Shown here piece after piece: positions 36,698 through 47,920 of a DNA stretch of 64,000 nt. How positions within the stretch are numbered: the stretch's first letter is position 1; the number at the start of each line of letters is the position of its first letter. The notes below the pieces were generated by a model. That model was not told where the DNA came from and made no database searches. It saw only the letters and a program-made list of their open reading frames with translations. The stretch is from Felis catus. Its lineage: Eukaryota. Made by a program: the position numbers and the translations under genes. The stretch spans positions 178,562,001-178,626,000 of the forward strand of contig NC_058368.1 in the NCBI RefSeq assembly GCF_018350175.1, given 5' to 3'.

Positions 36698-38107
36698 TAA
36701 CAGCTGACCTTATTAAAAGACCCAAGACCATGTTTTCTTCTGGATATAGTCAAAATGACACTTTGGTAAGTGTTTCTTGCCAGAATGAAACAAAAATGGC
36801 ATTTTTTTTTTTTACAAGTCTCCAAACATCCAGTTTATGGATGCCTTCTGGCATTTCCTAATGCCAATTTGCAGTCTGGGGCTCAGCTAGCTATAAGAAT
36901 TACCTGGAAGTTTGCTAATGAGATCTCTGGCGCCCACCTTGAGACCTGAGCCAGGGTGTCCACTGAGACCACAGGATCTGTGTTTCCCCAAGTATACCTG
37001 CAAAGGGGACTTTGGCCTGGTGGCCAAGCCTGAGTTAGCTTTAGCTAGGGCAAGCTTTATGAAAATACAGTCTGTTAAGCCAAATAACCTTTCATAGGGC
37101 ATATTAAGGAACACTGAACTACAAAACAGAATATAGTAAATATCCAAGGAAATTAACTCATCTCCTCCCATGAGAATAGTTGCTACATTAGTTAGAAATC
37201 ATTCTTAACAGTTTAACAGCTCTCTTAAGGGCCTCAACTAAACAATTTATTATATTAGTTCAAATTATTGTGCCTATTTAATAGTAGTTCCAGCTACTAT
37301 GTGCTGAAGCCTCACTTGGTACTCTGTGGTATGGGTTTTACACACCTGATTACATTTAATTCCCGACCAAACACAACATATCACCTAATGTGCTATGATT
37401 CCATTTCACAGCTGAGAAAACTGAGGCTCAGTACCGTTTTGCCTCAAAGTCAAGATTCAAACCCCAGAATCTCTGAACCTCTATGTTTTGTCTGATAGGA
37501 TCATCATGGCATTTTAAAAATCATTGTTCCAAGCGTGATGCTGATATTCTCACCAGCCATCCTTGGCAGAAACCAGATTATTGATGTTTCTCTGGGGCTT
37601 TTCCCAGGTGGGCACTGGGGCCAACCGCATGGCCCACCATCCACCATCCCACTGAAAACAGGTTGAGTGAACACCAAAGGCAGCCTTGGCCAGAGGAAAT
37701 GGCATAAAATGACGATACATACCTCTCTGCCCTGCTGCCAGGAGCCAAAATTAAAGCCCCCCAGGTAGAGAGCAGGGGGCGAGCTGTAGTAAAATTATAA
37801 AAGTTCATATCCTCCAACTAAGCACGTGTAATCCAGCAATCTATCCTAAAGAAATAATTATGGCTGTGTGCAGCAGTTTAGTTGAAAGAATGTCTGTTTC
37901 TGAGTTGGTTATAATAGTGAAATTTGGAACCCACCTAAGTATCCAACCATGAGAAATTAATGAAATAGATTCTAGTACCTGCGTATCACAGGACATGCTG
38001 CAGCCATTTAAAAAGCTGCTTTGGGATGATACTCAACCCCAGGGAAAGTTGCTCACAGTATGTTGCACATATTAAAAAAAAAAAGAAGTTATAAAGAATT
38101 GTATGAA

Positions 38108-38332
38108 GGGGCGCCTGGGTGGCTCAGTCAGCTGAGCATCCGACTTCAGCTCAGGTCATGATCTCACGGTCTGTGAGTTCAAGCCCCGCGTCGGGCTCTG
38201 TGCTGACAGCTCAGAGCCTGGAGCCTGCTTCGGATTCTGTGACTCCTTCTCTCTCTGCCCCTCCACCTCTCACATTCTGTCTCTCTCTGTCTCTCTCTCA
38301 AAAATAAATAAACATTAAAAAAAATTAAAAAG
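38108..38332 (+). mobile_element. Can-SINE
   Basis: TSD aaagaattgtatgaa at 38093-38107 and 38333-38347. Confidence 0.95.
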
Positions 38333-41318
38333 AAAGAATTGTATGAAGAGTGTGATCCCATTTGCGTGTATGATTTTTTTAAAAAAGGAAATGATAAAAT
38401 TCTAAATGCTTAATTTTTATTATTCTTATTTCTTGCTTGTATTTTGTTGTCTCCACAATGTCTGTGTTTTAACTTTGTAGATAGAAAAAAGTCATAACTT
38501 TGTTCAAACAAAACAAAACACGAGGGTAACAGACAACTTGAAGGGATTTGGGTGGTACATGTGTATAAAGCCACTGGTCCCCTTACGGGCCCCTCTGCCT
38601 TCTGACTGGCTCAGCATGCTGGACAGTGCCAGGGATTCACAACACTCTAAACAGGGGTGGCTTGGAGTCTTTCTGGAAATGCAAAAAGCCCCATAGACCA
38701 TGTTGGTTATGTCATAGGAAGTCTGGCTTCTGTGCTTACAATCACACGGTGCTCGTGACACATGTGATTCTGACCCTTCAACCCTGGCTAAGCCTACAGA
38801 TCCCCCAGTTTTTTCGCGTTTAGGAGAAACCAAAGAGGAAGCAAGCTGAAAAGCCATCTTCTGGAGGGATTCTCACACCTTGGATACTCAGAAACGGAAA
38901 TGAACATGCACTCTGGTTTTCTATGGTCCTGGTGATAGGCTGGCGGCAGCCTCATACTTGGGCCAGCTGGACCTCATAAGGCTCATTCACTTATGTGTGC
39001 CAGGCACCCTGCCACTCCTAAAGATACCATGTTGACCTGCCTTCTCAGAGACCTCCTTCTAGTGGGAGAGAGTCAGAAGACCACTCCTGGTTGGTGCTAC
39101 ATGAGGGGTAGGTGCAGCACCCCCTGGAAGCATTTAGGAGAGAACCCCACCCCACATTTGGAGGTTCAAGGAAGTTTTCCAAAGGAGGTGATGCTCAGCA
39201 TTGACAGGGAAGAGACTTAGGAAGGGGACCCTTTAGACATTCTCATAGAAGGGACAGGATAATGTTCTTAATTTGCACTGAGTCATCTAAAGTGATTCTG
39301 GTATCTTCCAGATAAGTGGATTCTGGGGGCTCTAAGTCTGGCCGTGGGGCCCTAGAACCCTGGCCAGGTGATTAGACAAGAGCTGAGAAGAACCAGGAAG
39401 GGTCCATAAGCCTGGGGGTGGGGGAGCAGGGGAAGGGCAACCAAACTCAAATCCAGGCATCAGGACCTACCAAGCTGGGGTCTGAAGGGGGCTGGGCAGA
39501 GAGGGAGAATAGAGGTGTTTGAGGCCTGGACCGAGAGGGAGGGGGCAGCAGAGGCTGAAAGGCAAGTAGCTTGGAGAAAGGCCCCCAGGGGGAGCTCGAG
39601 GGAGCTCTTGCTGTCAGCTCTCTCCAACTGTGACTGTTGCTTTAAGCTTCCTCAGCCTCTGGTGCCAGTAGGAGAAAAATCTGTTAACGGGAACCCAACC
39701 AGAGAAAAGAGGGACAAGGATAGAAGAAGAGCTGATTGACATTAAGCCTAATGGTGGAGATGGAATATACTGCTTGACGAAGAAGGGCTGGCACTGAGAG
39801 GCAAAAATGCCCCTACATAGTTAGTGGTTAAGGAGCCCCACAACTCCCTGTGATTTCCCCAAGGTCAGCCATGCACCTCCCCGCCCTCCGGATGGCCTGA
39901 CTCAACCCATGGCCACTTCCCAACCTGGCCCCGCCTCCCAGAGACGGGCTTCCTCCCTGCTGGATCTGGCACCCACCGGCATGAGGTAACCTTCCCCAAC
40001 CGCCCAGTGGAGAAGATGGCTCCACTGTGCTTTCTCACACACTGACCTGTCTCCATGGGTCCACAGCAGTCATCCCTCCTGAAAACGTTCTGGCTGCGTT
40101 CATTGTTTTCTCTCCCACTGTTCTCTGCGGGCAGGGCCCTGTCTGTCTTGTTCATCACCATCTCGTGCTTAGAACAGTGCCTGGTACATACTATGGCTTG
40201 GTACAGAATTGCTGAATGAATGAATGAATGAATGATAAATGAATGAACGGTGATTGTGTCTGGGAGAAAGAAAACTAGCTTCAGAATCAGACATGGACGG
40301 GCCCAGGATTGAACTCAACTCCATCACCGACCCCTGGGGGTAATCTTGAAGCCCAGGGTTCCAGTTTGTAAAATTGGCTGTGCAAGGATTGTGGATTTGC
40401 AAAGTGCCTAATATAGAATAAGTGTCCTAGTGTTTAATAAGTGTTTAATTTTATTACTACGATGAAGAATAAGGAGGAGAATTTTGCTCCCAGAGGAGGG
40501 ATGGGTAAGAGTCCAGAATGGCCAGCTGGTGAGCTGGGGAAGCAGACTCCCTGCAGGGGTCAGGAAGGGGAGGTGGGAAGGGGAAGATGCTTGACCAGCT
40601 CTAAGGCCCTCTAGGCCATCACGTAGTGGGAAGGAAAGGCTGAGCTTCCAGGTGTCTCAGCTCTCAAGAGCACATTGAATGTGGTTTCTCAGGGGCAATC
40701 CCTGGGCAGGTACCAGAGCAAACTCACAACCCACCATTATTGCTGAGAAGCATGAATATTTCAAGGAAGGATGCTGAGCCACCTTAGCTCCCCCACCACA
40801 CTCCCCCATCGGGCCCCAGCCACGGGGCCATATCTGTGCACCTTACCGTATAGGCTGCCACAATGGAGAAACCAAATTGGACATCTTGGCGTCTTGTTCC
40901 CTTTCTTTCCACATGATGCATCTGACTGTTCAGATGTTGCCATTGAGCCATGACTGTAGAAGAAGGAAAGTTTAGCCAAACAGAAGAATACAGCCTGGAA
41001 AAAATGGGGAAGTGAGGAAAGACACAGTTGGGTCATTGGGAAAAGTGACAACTAAGCACAGAGAGAAAAAAATGCTCATCACTCATGGAGAGCTCCAGCT
41101 CCGAGAAAAAAGGGGAACTTGCCTCAGGTGGTGGGAGCAGGGGAGAGTACAGGGACAGGGGTGGGAGGTCTGGGGCTCCAATACGGGCTCTGCCCTTAAC
41201 TGCTGTGTGGGTTTAGGACAGTGGCTTCCCTTCTCTGTGCTTGAGTTTTCTCAATTATCGCCTGTTTCTCGCTCCTTACCTATACCATTCATTCACTGAT
41301 TCAAAAATACTTCCCAAT

Positions 41319-41539
41319 GGGGCGCCTGGGTGGCGCAGTCGGTTAAGCGTCTGACTTCAGCCAGGTCACGATCTCACGGTCCGTGAGTTCGAGCCCCGCG
41401 TCAGGCTCTGGGCTGATGGCTCAGAGCCTGGAGCCTGTTTCCGGTTCTGTGTCTCCCTCTCTCTCTGCCCCTCCCCCGTTCATGCTCTGTCTCTCTCTGT
41501 CCCAAAAATAAATAAACGTTGAAAAAAAAAATTAAAAAA
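41319..41539 (+). mobile_element. Can-SINE (SINEC_Fc-like), young
   Basis: Intact A box tggcgcagtcgg and B box gttcgagcc; TSD aaaaatacttcccaa at 41303-41317 and 41540-41554; interrupts an L2 tail. Confidence 0.95.
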
Positions 41540-41554
41540 AAAAATACTTCCCAA

Positions 41555-42345
41555 GTACCTAGTTTGTGCTGGGACTGCTCTAAGCACTGGGGATTCAATA
41601 ATGAGCAAAGCTGACACAAATCCCCAACCTCACACTTACTCCCCACAGTAAACAAAACCAGGAAAATATGCTGTATCTTAGTTTAGGGTAAGTGCTAAGA
41701 GGGAAAAAGTAAGGAAGGGTGACAGGGAGCCTTTTCTGAAAGGGCGACTTCAGTCAAGGGTGAGTCAAGACCTCAGGAAATAAAGGAGTGAGCCAGGAGG
41801 GCATCTGGGCAAAGCGGGTACCAGGCAGAGGGGACAGCCAGTGGGCAGGACTGCCTTGAAGGTGAAACTTTCTCATCTCCATTCCTTTCACTGTTACCAG
41901 CTGGCTTGTTGTCTACAGCAGCCTCCTACGGGGCCTCCTTGCCTCCGCCCATGACTAGGGTGACCCTTCAAACAGTAAGTCAGACCCCATCACTTCTCTG
42001 CTCAAAACTGGCCAGGTGCTCCTACCACACTCAGAACAGATGATGGTCCTTCACTATCTCCTGAGCCTGGCTCTCTCCTCTTTCCTTGGTTCACTCCTTC
42101 CCAGCTACTCTAGCTAGGCTGCTGTTTCTGGAACACTCCAAGCAACTACAGCCTTAGGGACTTGGCCCATAGCCTCTGTCCAGATGTCCTTCCGTGGTTA
42201 CCTGAGTCTGGCTTCCTGACTTCATGCAGATGCCACCTCCTTCAGAGAGCCACCTTCACCAACCTGTCCACACAGGCAGCTGTCATCGTCTATTCCCTCA
42301 CTGTGTTTTATCTTTTTGTATAGCATTCATCACTCCTATCATTTT
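41555..42345. mobile_element. L2 fragments in both orientations
   Basis: gtacctagtttgtgctgggactgctctaagcactggggattca (minus); cagcagcctcctacgggg...agtaagtcagaccccatcacttctctgctcaaaac (plus). Confidence 0.65.
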
Positions 42346-42584
42346 ATATATTCATAGTCATAGCTGTAATGGATCGGATGGTTACTGACAGCTGGACACT
42401 GTTCTAAACATCCGAGAGTTAATTTAACTTCTCCCTGAAGATGGCATTATTATTAACTACATTTTCTAGATCAATAACCTGAGATACAGAAAGGCTAAGA
42501 AATTTGCTCAAGGCTCCCAGCTGGAGAGTGTCAGGGAAAATTCAAATCCTGGAGCTTCCATTATGAACCATGACATGCTAGACC

Positions 42585-42752
42585 AGCACTTCCTGAAATA
42601 ACTGTGTCCATAATGGTAGCCGCTGGCTCCAAGTGCCTGTTGAGTGCTTGAAATGTGTGTGACCAAGGAATTTAAATTTTAATTTTATTTCATTTTAATT
42701 ATTTTTAATTTAAATAGCCACATGTGGCTGGTGGCTACTATATTGGACAGTG
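42585..42752. mobile_element. hAT MITE (MER3-like)
   Basis: atggtagccgctggc...ttgagtgcttgaaatgtg, AT-rich core, aaatagccacatgtggctggtggctactatattggacag. Confidence 0.8.
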
Positions 42753-43592
42753 GAATCCTAGAGCCTCTTATTTGTTCTTTTGTTAATGTCGGTCTTCCCC
42801 ATAAGGAGGGAACTTCTCTGTGCCTCAGTTTCCTTATTTTATAGTGGCAAAAATACTTTATAAGACTGTTGTGAGCCTGTTATGAATATATAACTTATAT
42901 AATTTTATTACATTTTCTGCCTATCTATCTATCTATCTAGTATGTAAAGGGCTTAGAACATAGTCTGGCACAAAGTATACACTCAATGCTTGTTATTCAT
43001 CGTAATCACTGCAATTCTTATTGTCATTACGAGGCTCCATAAGTCCAAGGACTTTGTTCACTGGTGAATCCCATTAACTAGAACATCCTTAGCACAGAGT
43101 AGGTGCTCAATAAATATTTTTTGAACAAATAAGTGAATTGAATTATGTGGAACTTGGACAAAAATAAATTGCCACAAAGTCAAACTCTTTGGGGGCCTTG
43201 ACAGGGAATGCAAATGAGTGAAGAGGAACGGTCTAAGATAGTGAGGAGGGGAGGACTGGGTACTATGGCTAACTGAAAAGAACATGCTCCAGGTAAAGAC
43301 TTTCAAGATCATTTTCTGGGAGGGGGGAAAGTAGGGAGCACTGTGGTCCCAACAGGACACCCATAGCCAAAAGGCACTCGTGAGCTGCCACTTTGGGGGA
43401 CTTCACTGCTCTGTAATTACTAGTGTACAGTTCTCTTTCCCAGTGATTCAACTCTAGACATTCCAGTCCTGAAGCATCCTTTCTTTGTATGTAAAGCAAT
43501 CCCAGACCCAGGGCTCAGAAAACCAATGCCAGAGATGGTGCTGGATGAAGACATATTTGCTCATGAAGGGTGCCTTGGAAATTACCTGTGGT

Positions 43593-44053
43593 AGGAAAGA
43601 AGGAAGGAAGGAAGGAAGGAAGAAAAGGAAGGAAGGAAGGAAGGAAGGAAGGAAGGAAGGAAGGAAGGAAATAAAGGAAGGAGGGAGGGAGGAAAGAAGG
43701 AAGAAAAGAAAGAAAGAAAGAAAGAAAGAAAGAGAAGGAGAGAGGGATGGATGGAGGGAGGGAGGAATGAATGAATGAAGGAAGGAAGGAAGGAAGGGAG
43801 GGAAGGAGGGAGGAAGGGAGGAAGTAATAAAAAGAAAGAAAGAAAGAAAGAAAGAAAGAGAGAAGGAGAGAGGGAGGGAGGGAGGAAGAAAGGAAGGAAA
43901 GAAAGAAAGGAGGCAGTGAGAGAGAGAGGGAAGGAGAGAGGGAGGGAGGGGAGAAGGAAGAAGAAAGAAAGAAAGAAAGAAAGAGAAAGAAAGATAAAGA
44001 AAGGGAAGGAGAGAGGGATGGAGGGAGGGAGGGAGGAAGGAAGGAAGGAAGAA
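43593..44053. repeat. Compound (GGAA)n/(GAAA)n/(GGGA)n polypurine microsatellite, about 460 bp
   Basis: Almost pure purine tract on the plus strand. Confidence 0.97.
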
Positions 44054-44562
44054 ATGTGAATGGCTTGCGAAACAGGAACATCAGTCTGGCAAGTGGCAGC
44101 TAAGTTGACAGCAATGACAAGGAAAGGATCCAGCACAATTCCCTGTGTCTAGAAAGAGGTCTTTTTTGGGACAGAATTTGAGGTCTGGAAACAGTGCCCG
44201 TAATGGGCCTTCTTGAACTCATGGGGGGCAGTCATTTTGTTGTCGTTGAAAAGAACAGTTGGCAAAACGGCCTCCACCCTTTGAATCGCCATTTTTTTCT
44301 CTCTACCAGCCCTGTGTAGCTGTGTTTCTGGAAGGCATAAGCACATATGACGCACTTGAATGCTATTCTAAGAATCAGCATCCCTAGTGTGAGTCACTAC
44401 TATGTGATCTTGGGCACCTCTCAGACATGGATTAGGTCATCAGGCACTTCCAACATGAAAAGTAAGATATCATTCAGATTCTCAATCAGAAGTGGCTTGT
44501 AGGTACTCTACAGTCAGCATGTGTGGTTTGTTTGGCCCACGTGGTTTTTTAAAAGTTAATTG

Positions 44563-45022
44563 ATATATTAGTTTTCTACTGCTGCTATGACAAAGTATCA
44601 CAAATTTAGTGACTCAAAACAATAGAAATTCATTATCTCACACTTCTGGAAATAAAAACTCTGACAGAGGTCTTACTAGGCTAAAAAGAGGGCTGCATTC
44701 CTTCCCGAAGGGTGTAGAAGAGAATCTCTTTCCCTGCCTTTCCCTGCCATCACTCACATCCCCTGGCTTGTGGCCTCCTTCCTCCATTTTCAAAACCAGA
44801 ACATCACATCTCTCGGTGCCTTTCTTCCACAGTCACATCTCCCTGGACTCTTTCTTCTGCCTCCCTGTGCCATTTTTAAGGACTCTTGTGAGTACATTGG
44901 GCCCACCCAGATATTGTGGGATAATCTCCCTATTTAAAGGTCAGCTGATTAGCAGTCTGAATGAATTCCTCTTTGCCATGTAACTGAACTTATTCACAGA
45001 TTCCAAGATTAGGACATTGACT
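44563..45022 (-). mobile_element. MaLR solo LTR (MLT1C/D-like)
   Basis: tatattagttttctactgctgctatgacaaagtatcacaaatttagtgactcaaaacaa..., cttgtggcctccttcctccattttcaaa, acattgggcccacccagata. Confidence 0.8.
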
Positions 45023-45039
45023 GAATTCCCCCCCCCCTT

Positions 45040-45251
45040 AATTTTTAATCTTTATTTATTTTTGAGAGAGAGATAGAGAAACAGAGCACAAGTCGGGGGG
45101 GGGGGGGGGGACAGAAAGAGAGGGAGACACAGAATCCGAAGCAGGCTCCAGACTCTGAGCTGTCAGCACAGAGTGCAACGCGGGACTTGAACTCATGAAC
45201 CACAAGATCATGACCTGAGCCAAAGTCGGACTGAGTCACCCAGGCGCCACC
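45040..45251 (-). mobile_element. Can-SINE with an internal G16 run
   Basis: Reverse SINE body; G16 at 45095-45110. Confidence 0.9.
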
Positions 45252-46784
45252 AAACTGCATCTCCTTTTTACATAAAACCAAGTTTTCTAGCTTTCCTTAA
45301 GTAAATATCTGGTGACTGATGACACTGGGCCCTAATCACCAGCCCTGCACCAGCAGGCCCTCATAATAATGTGGCAACAATTAGCTTGAACCGGGCTGCT
45401 CCACCTTTGCCCCAGACTTCCCCCCTTCTTATCATCTTTCTGACTAATATCCAGAGTAAGTTGCCATTTGTTATTTCCCTGGGCTCCTGTTTTTCCTACC
45501 AAGATTTCTTTACTCACTCACATGTCCCCCTGGCCGCATCAGCCTGTGAACCTACAGAATCTCTTCTTAATTATTAGGAAAGTTCAGCTCCGTCACTCTT
45601 GCTATCTATCTTCATCAGAAATATTACAGAGTAATGTATGCAGCTGATGCCTACCGACATGTGATGCGGGGAGCTTGGTGTTGCGTGCAACCTGGGGAGC
45701 TCATGGCAATGGAGAACTGCCCCTCTGGGCCGGTGCCTGGGAAGGGATGAGTGAGACAAGTTCCCAACGGTGGACAGTGCCAGCAAGGGTCAGCATCCAC
45801 AGTGTGCCAGGGACTGTACTCTGAGCTTGGGGTTTTCTTTGGCTCAACCCCCCCAACTGCTCACTGAGGTGGATGTTATTATTTAGCTTTCCCCATCCCC
45901 TTGTGAAAACCGTGGCACAGAGAAGTTAAGTAAGTTGCCTCACGTTGCACAGTGGGAGAATAAGGGTTGGGGTTCAGACACGTTATTCTGACTCCAGAAT
46001 CTGAGTCTTGACTCCTATAGCTTCTGTCGGTAGAGAGAGAATTGCATGTGGCTTCAAGCTTTTGAGGGGCTACACTTGGGAAGAGAGGCTGGACCACAGG
46101 AATCATGCTGGCAGGTCTCCAGAATGGACTTGAGTCCATCTGAGTCCCTGGGTTCATGCAGGAAACCACTGAAACAGGAACAGAAATCCTCTGTCAGAGG
46201 ATGCTGCAGATCGGGGAGATTTTAGCCTGAAGTTGCCCTGGCGAGACTTCCTAAATCATAAGCCTGGCAGTATGGGAGTGCGAGAGGCTTGTGAGAGGGC
46301 ATGAACTCCATAACAGAAAACAAGGGACAGTGGTAGGGTCGGGGAGGGAGGAGGGAAGCTTGTGAGAATCTAGCACTTCGGTTAGTTTTTCACCACATTA
46401 AATTAAGAGCTGTGAGCCTGTGTAGTTTCCTGGGTTTAAAAATAGAGTGGCCCCTCTAGGTCAAGACAGTACTCTGAGGAGGCCCACTGGATAGCTGGGC
46501 AGTAACAGTCACTAGGCTCATGGCCGTGGGCTTGAACATACCTCTACCTAGTTACATTTGAGGCTTCTGCCTGTGGCACATGGGATTCTGACTTCTTGCT
46601 AAATGCAAACACAGTCCCCATTTGCCGGGACAAGTAAGGCATAGGGGATTCTGTCTGATGAGGGCAGATGACATCCTGTAGAAGACTTGCCAAGGAAGAA
46701 GTATAACTGTGCGATAACTGAATATAGGGTGCCCGTTTGCAGGATGGCCCCCAACGATGCCTCCTGTCCTGCAGTAGTTGTTGT

Positions 46785-46998
46785 TGTTGTTGTTTTTTTT
46801 AACGTTTATTCATTTTTGAGAGACAGAGAGAGCGCGAGTGGGGGAGGGGCAGAGAGAGAGGGAGACACAGAATCCGAAGCAGGCTCCGCGCTCCCAGCTG
46901 TCAGCCCAGAGCCCGATGCGGGGCTCGAACTCACGAACCGCGAGATCGTGACCTGAGCGGAAGTCAGACGCTTACCGACTGAGCCACCCAGGCGCCCC
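46785..46998 (-). mobile_element. Can-SINE, CpG-rich
   Basis: Reverse body gggctcgaactcacgaaccgcgagatcgtgacc...caggcgcccc; (GTT)n-derived tail. Confidence 0.93.
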
Positions 46999-47567
46999 TG
47001 GAATAGTTTTATGGTGTCCCTTCCACTTTCAAAAAGTCCCAGGTTAGCTGATACTTTAGATGATCATCCTCTGATGACCCTCCATGAAAGCTTTTCAAAA
47101 TAAATCCTCTGTATCAGGTTATTGGTGTCTTTTTTGCTTCTGTTCCCAAAGAGAAAATGGATAGAAAATTAATCAGCTGCTGAGAAGTATCATAGAAAAT
47201 TAGAGCTGCAAAGAAACTCAAGAAATTGTCTGGGGACACGAAACAAGCGTATGGCATCTCTGTTACAGGCCAGACACAGTTCAGGCACGTAACACGAGCA
47301 ACTTCATTTCTCACAAAAGTGCCAAGAGGAATGTTAAGTATTATTAGCTTCTTTTAAAGATGAGGAAGCTGTAAAAAGGACTCAAGGTCAGACACCCGGT
47401 TGATTCTACGATGATTAGAATCCAAGCCTGGGACCTCCCCACCACAAAGCCCACAGCTCTCATCCTTACCCCAGGCCACCTCATTTTCTTCCCTTTGACA
47501 TTTTTTGGACAAATTAAAGAGGAATGATGCCTGTATCCTGAGACAATTATGGATTTTTTTTTTACTG

Positions 47568-47920
47568 TGCTATGACCTGAATGCTTGTGTCAAATGCATA
47601 TGTTGACATCCTAACGTCCAATGTGATGGTATTAGAAGTCAAGGCCTTTTGCTTAGGTCGTGTGGGTGGAGCCCTCCTGAATGGGAATAGCGCCCTTGTA
47701 AAAGAGATTCCACAGAGCTCTCCAGCCTGTTCTATCGCAGGAGGACACAGGGAGGAGGTGCTGACTATGACCAGGAAGAGGGCTTTCACCTGAATATGAC
47801 CATGCTGGCACCTTGATTTTGGATGTCCAGCTTCCAGAACTGTGGGAAACAAATTTATGTTGTTTATAAACCACCCAGTCTGCGATATTTTGTTATAGCA
47901 GCCTGAACTGGATTAAGACA
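47568..47920 (+). mobile_element. MaLR solo LTR (MLT1A-like), TG...CA ends
   Basis: tgctatgacctgaatgcttgtgtc start, ccatgctggcaccttgattttgga...ccagaactgtgggaaacaaattt...gttatagcagcctgaactggattaagaca end. Confidence 0.85.

Noticed and set aside
43485..44136. Long ORFs (188, 184, 97, 94 aa) rich in F/L/P/S or K/E/G/R
   Set aside because: Translations of the polypurine microsatellite; stop-free because of low complexity.
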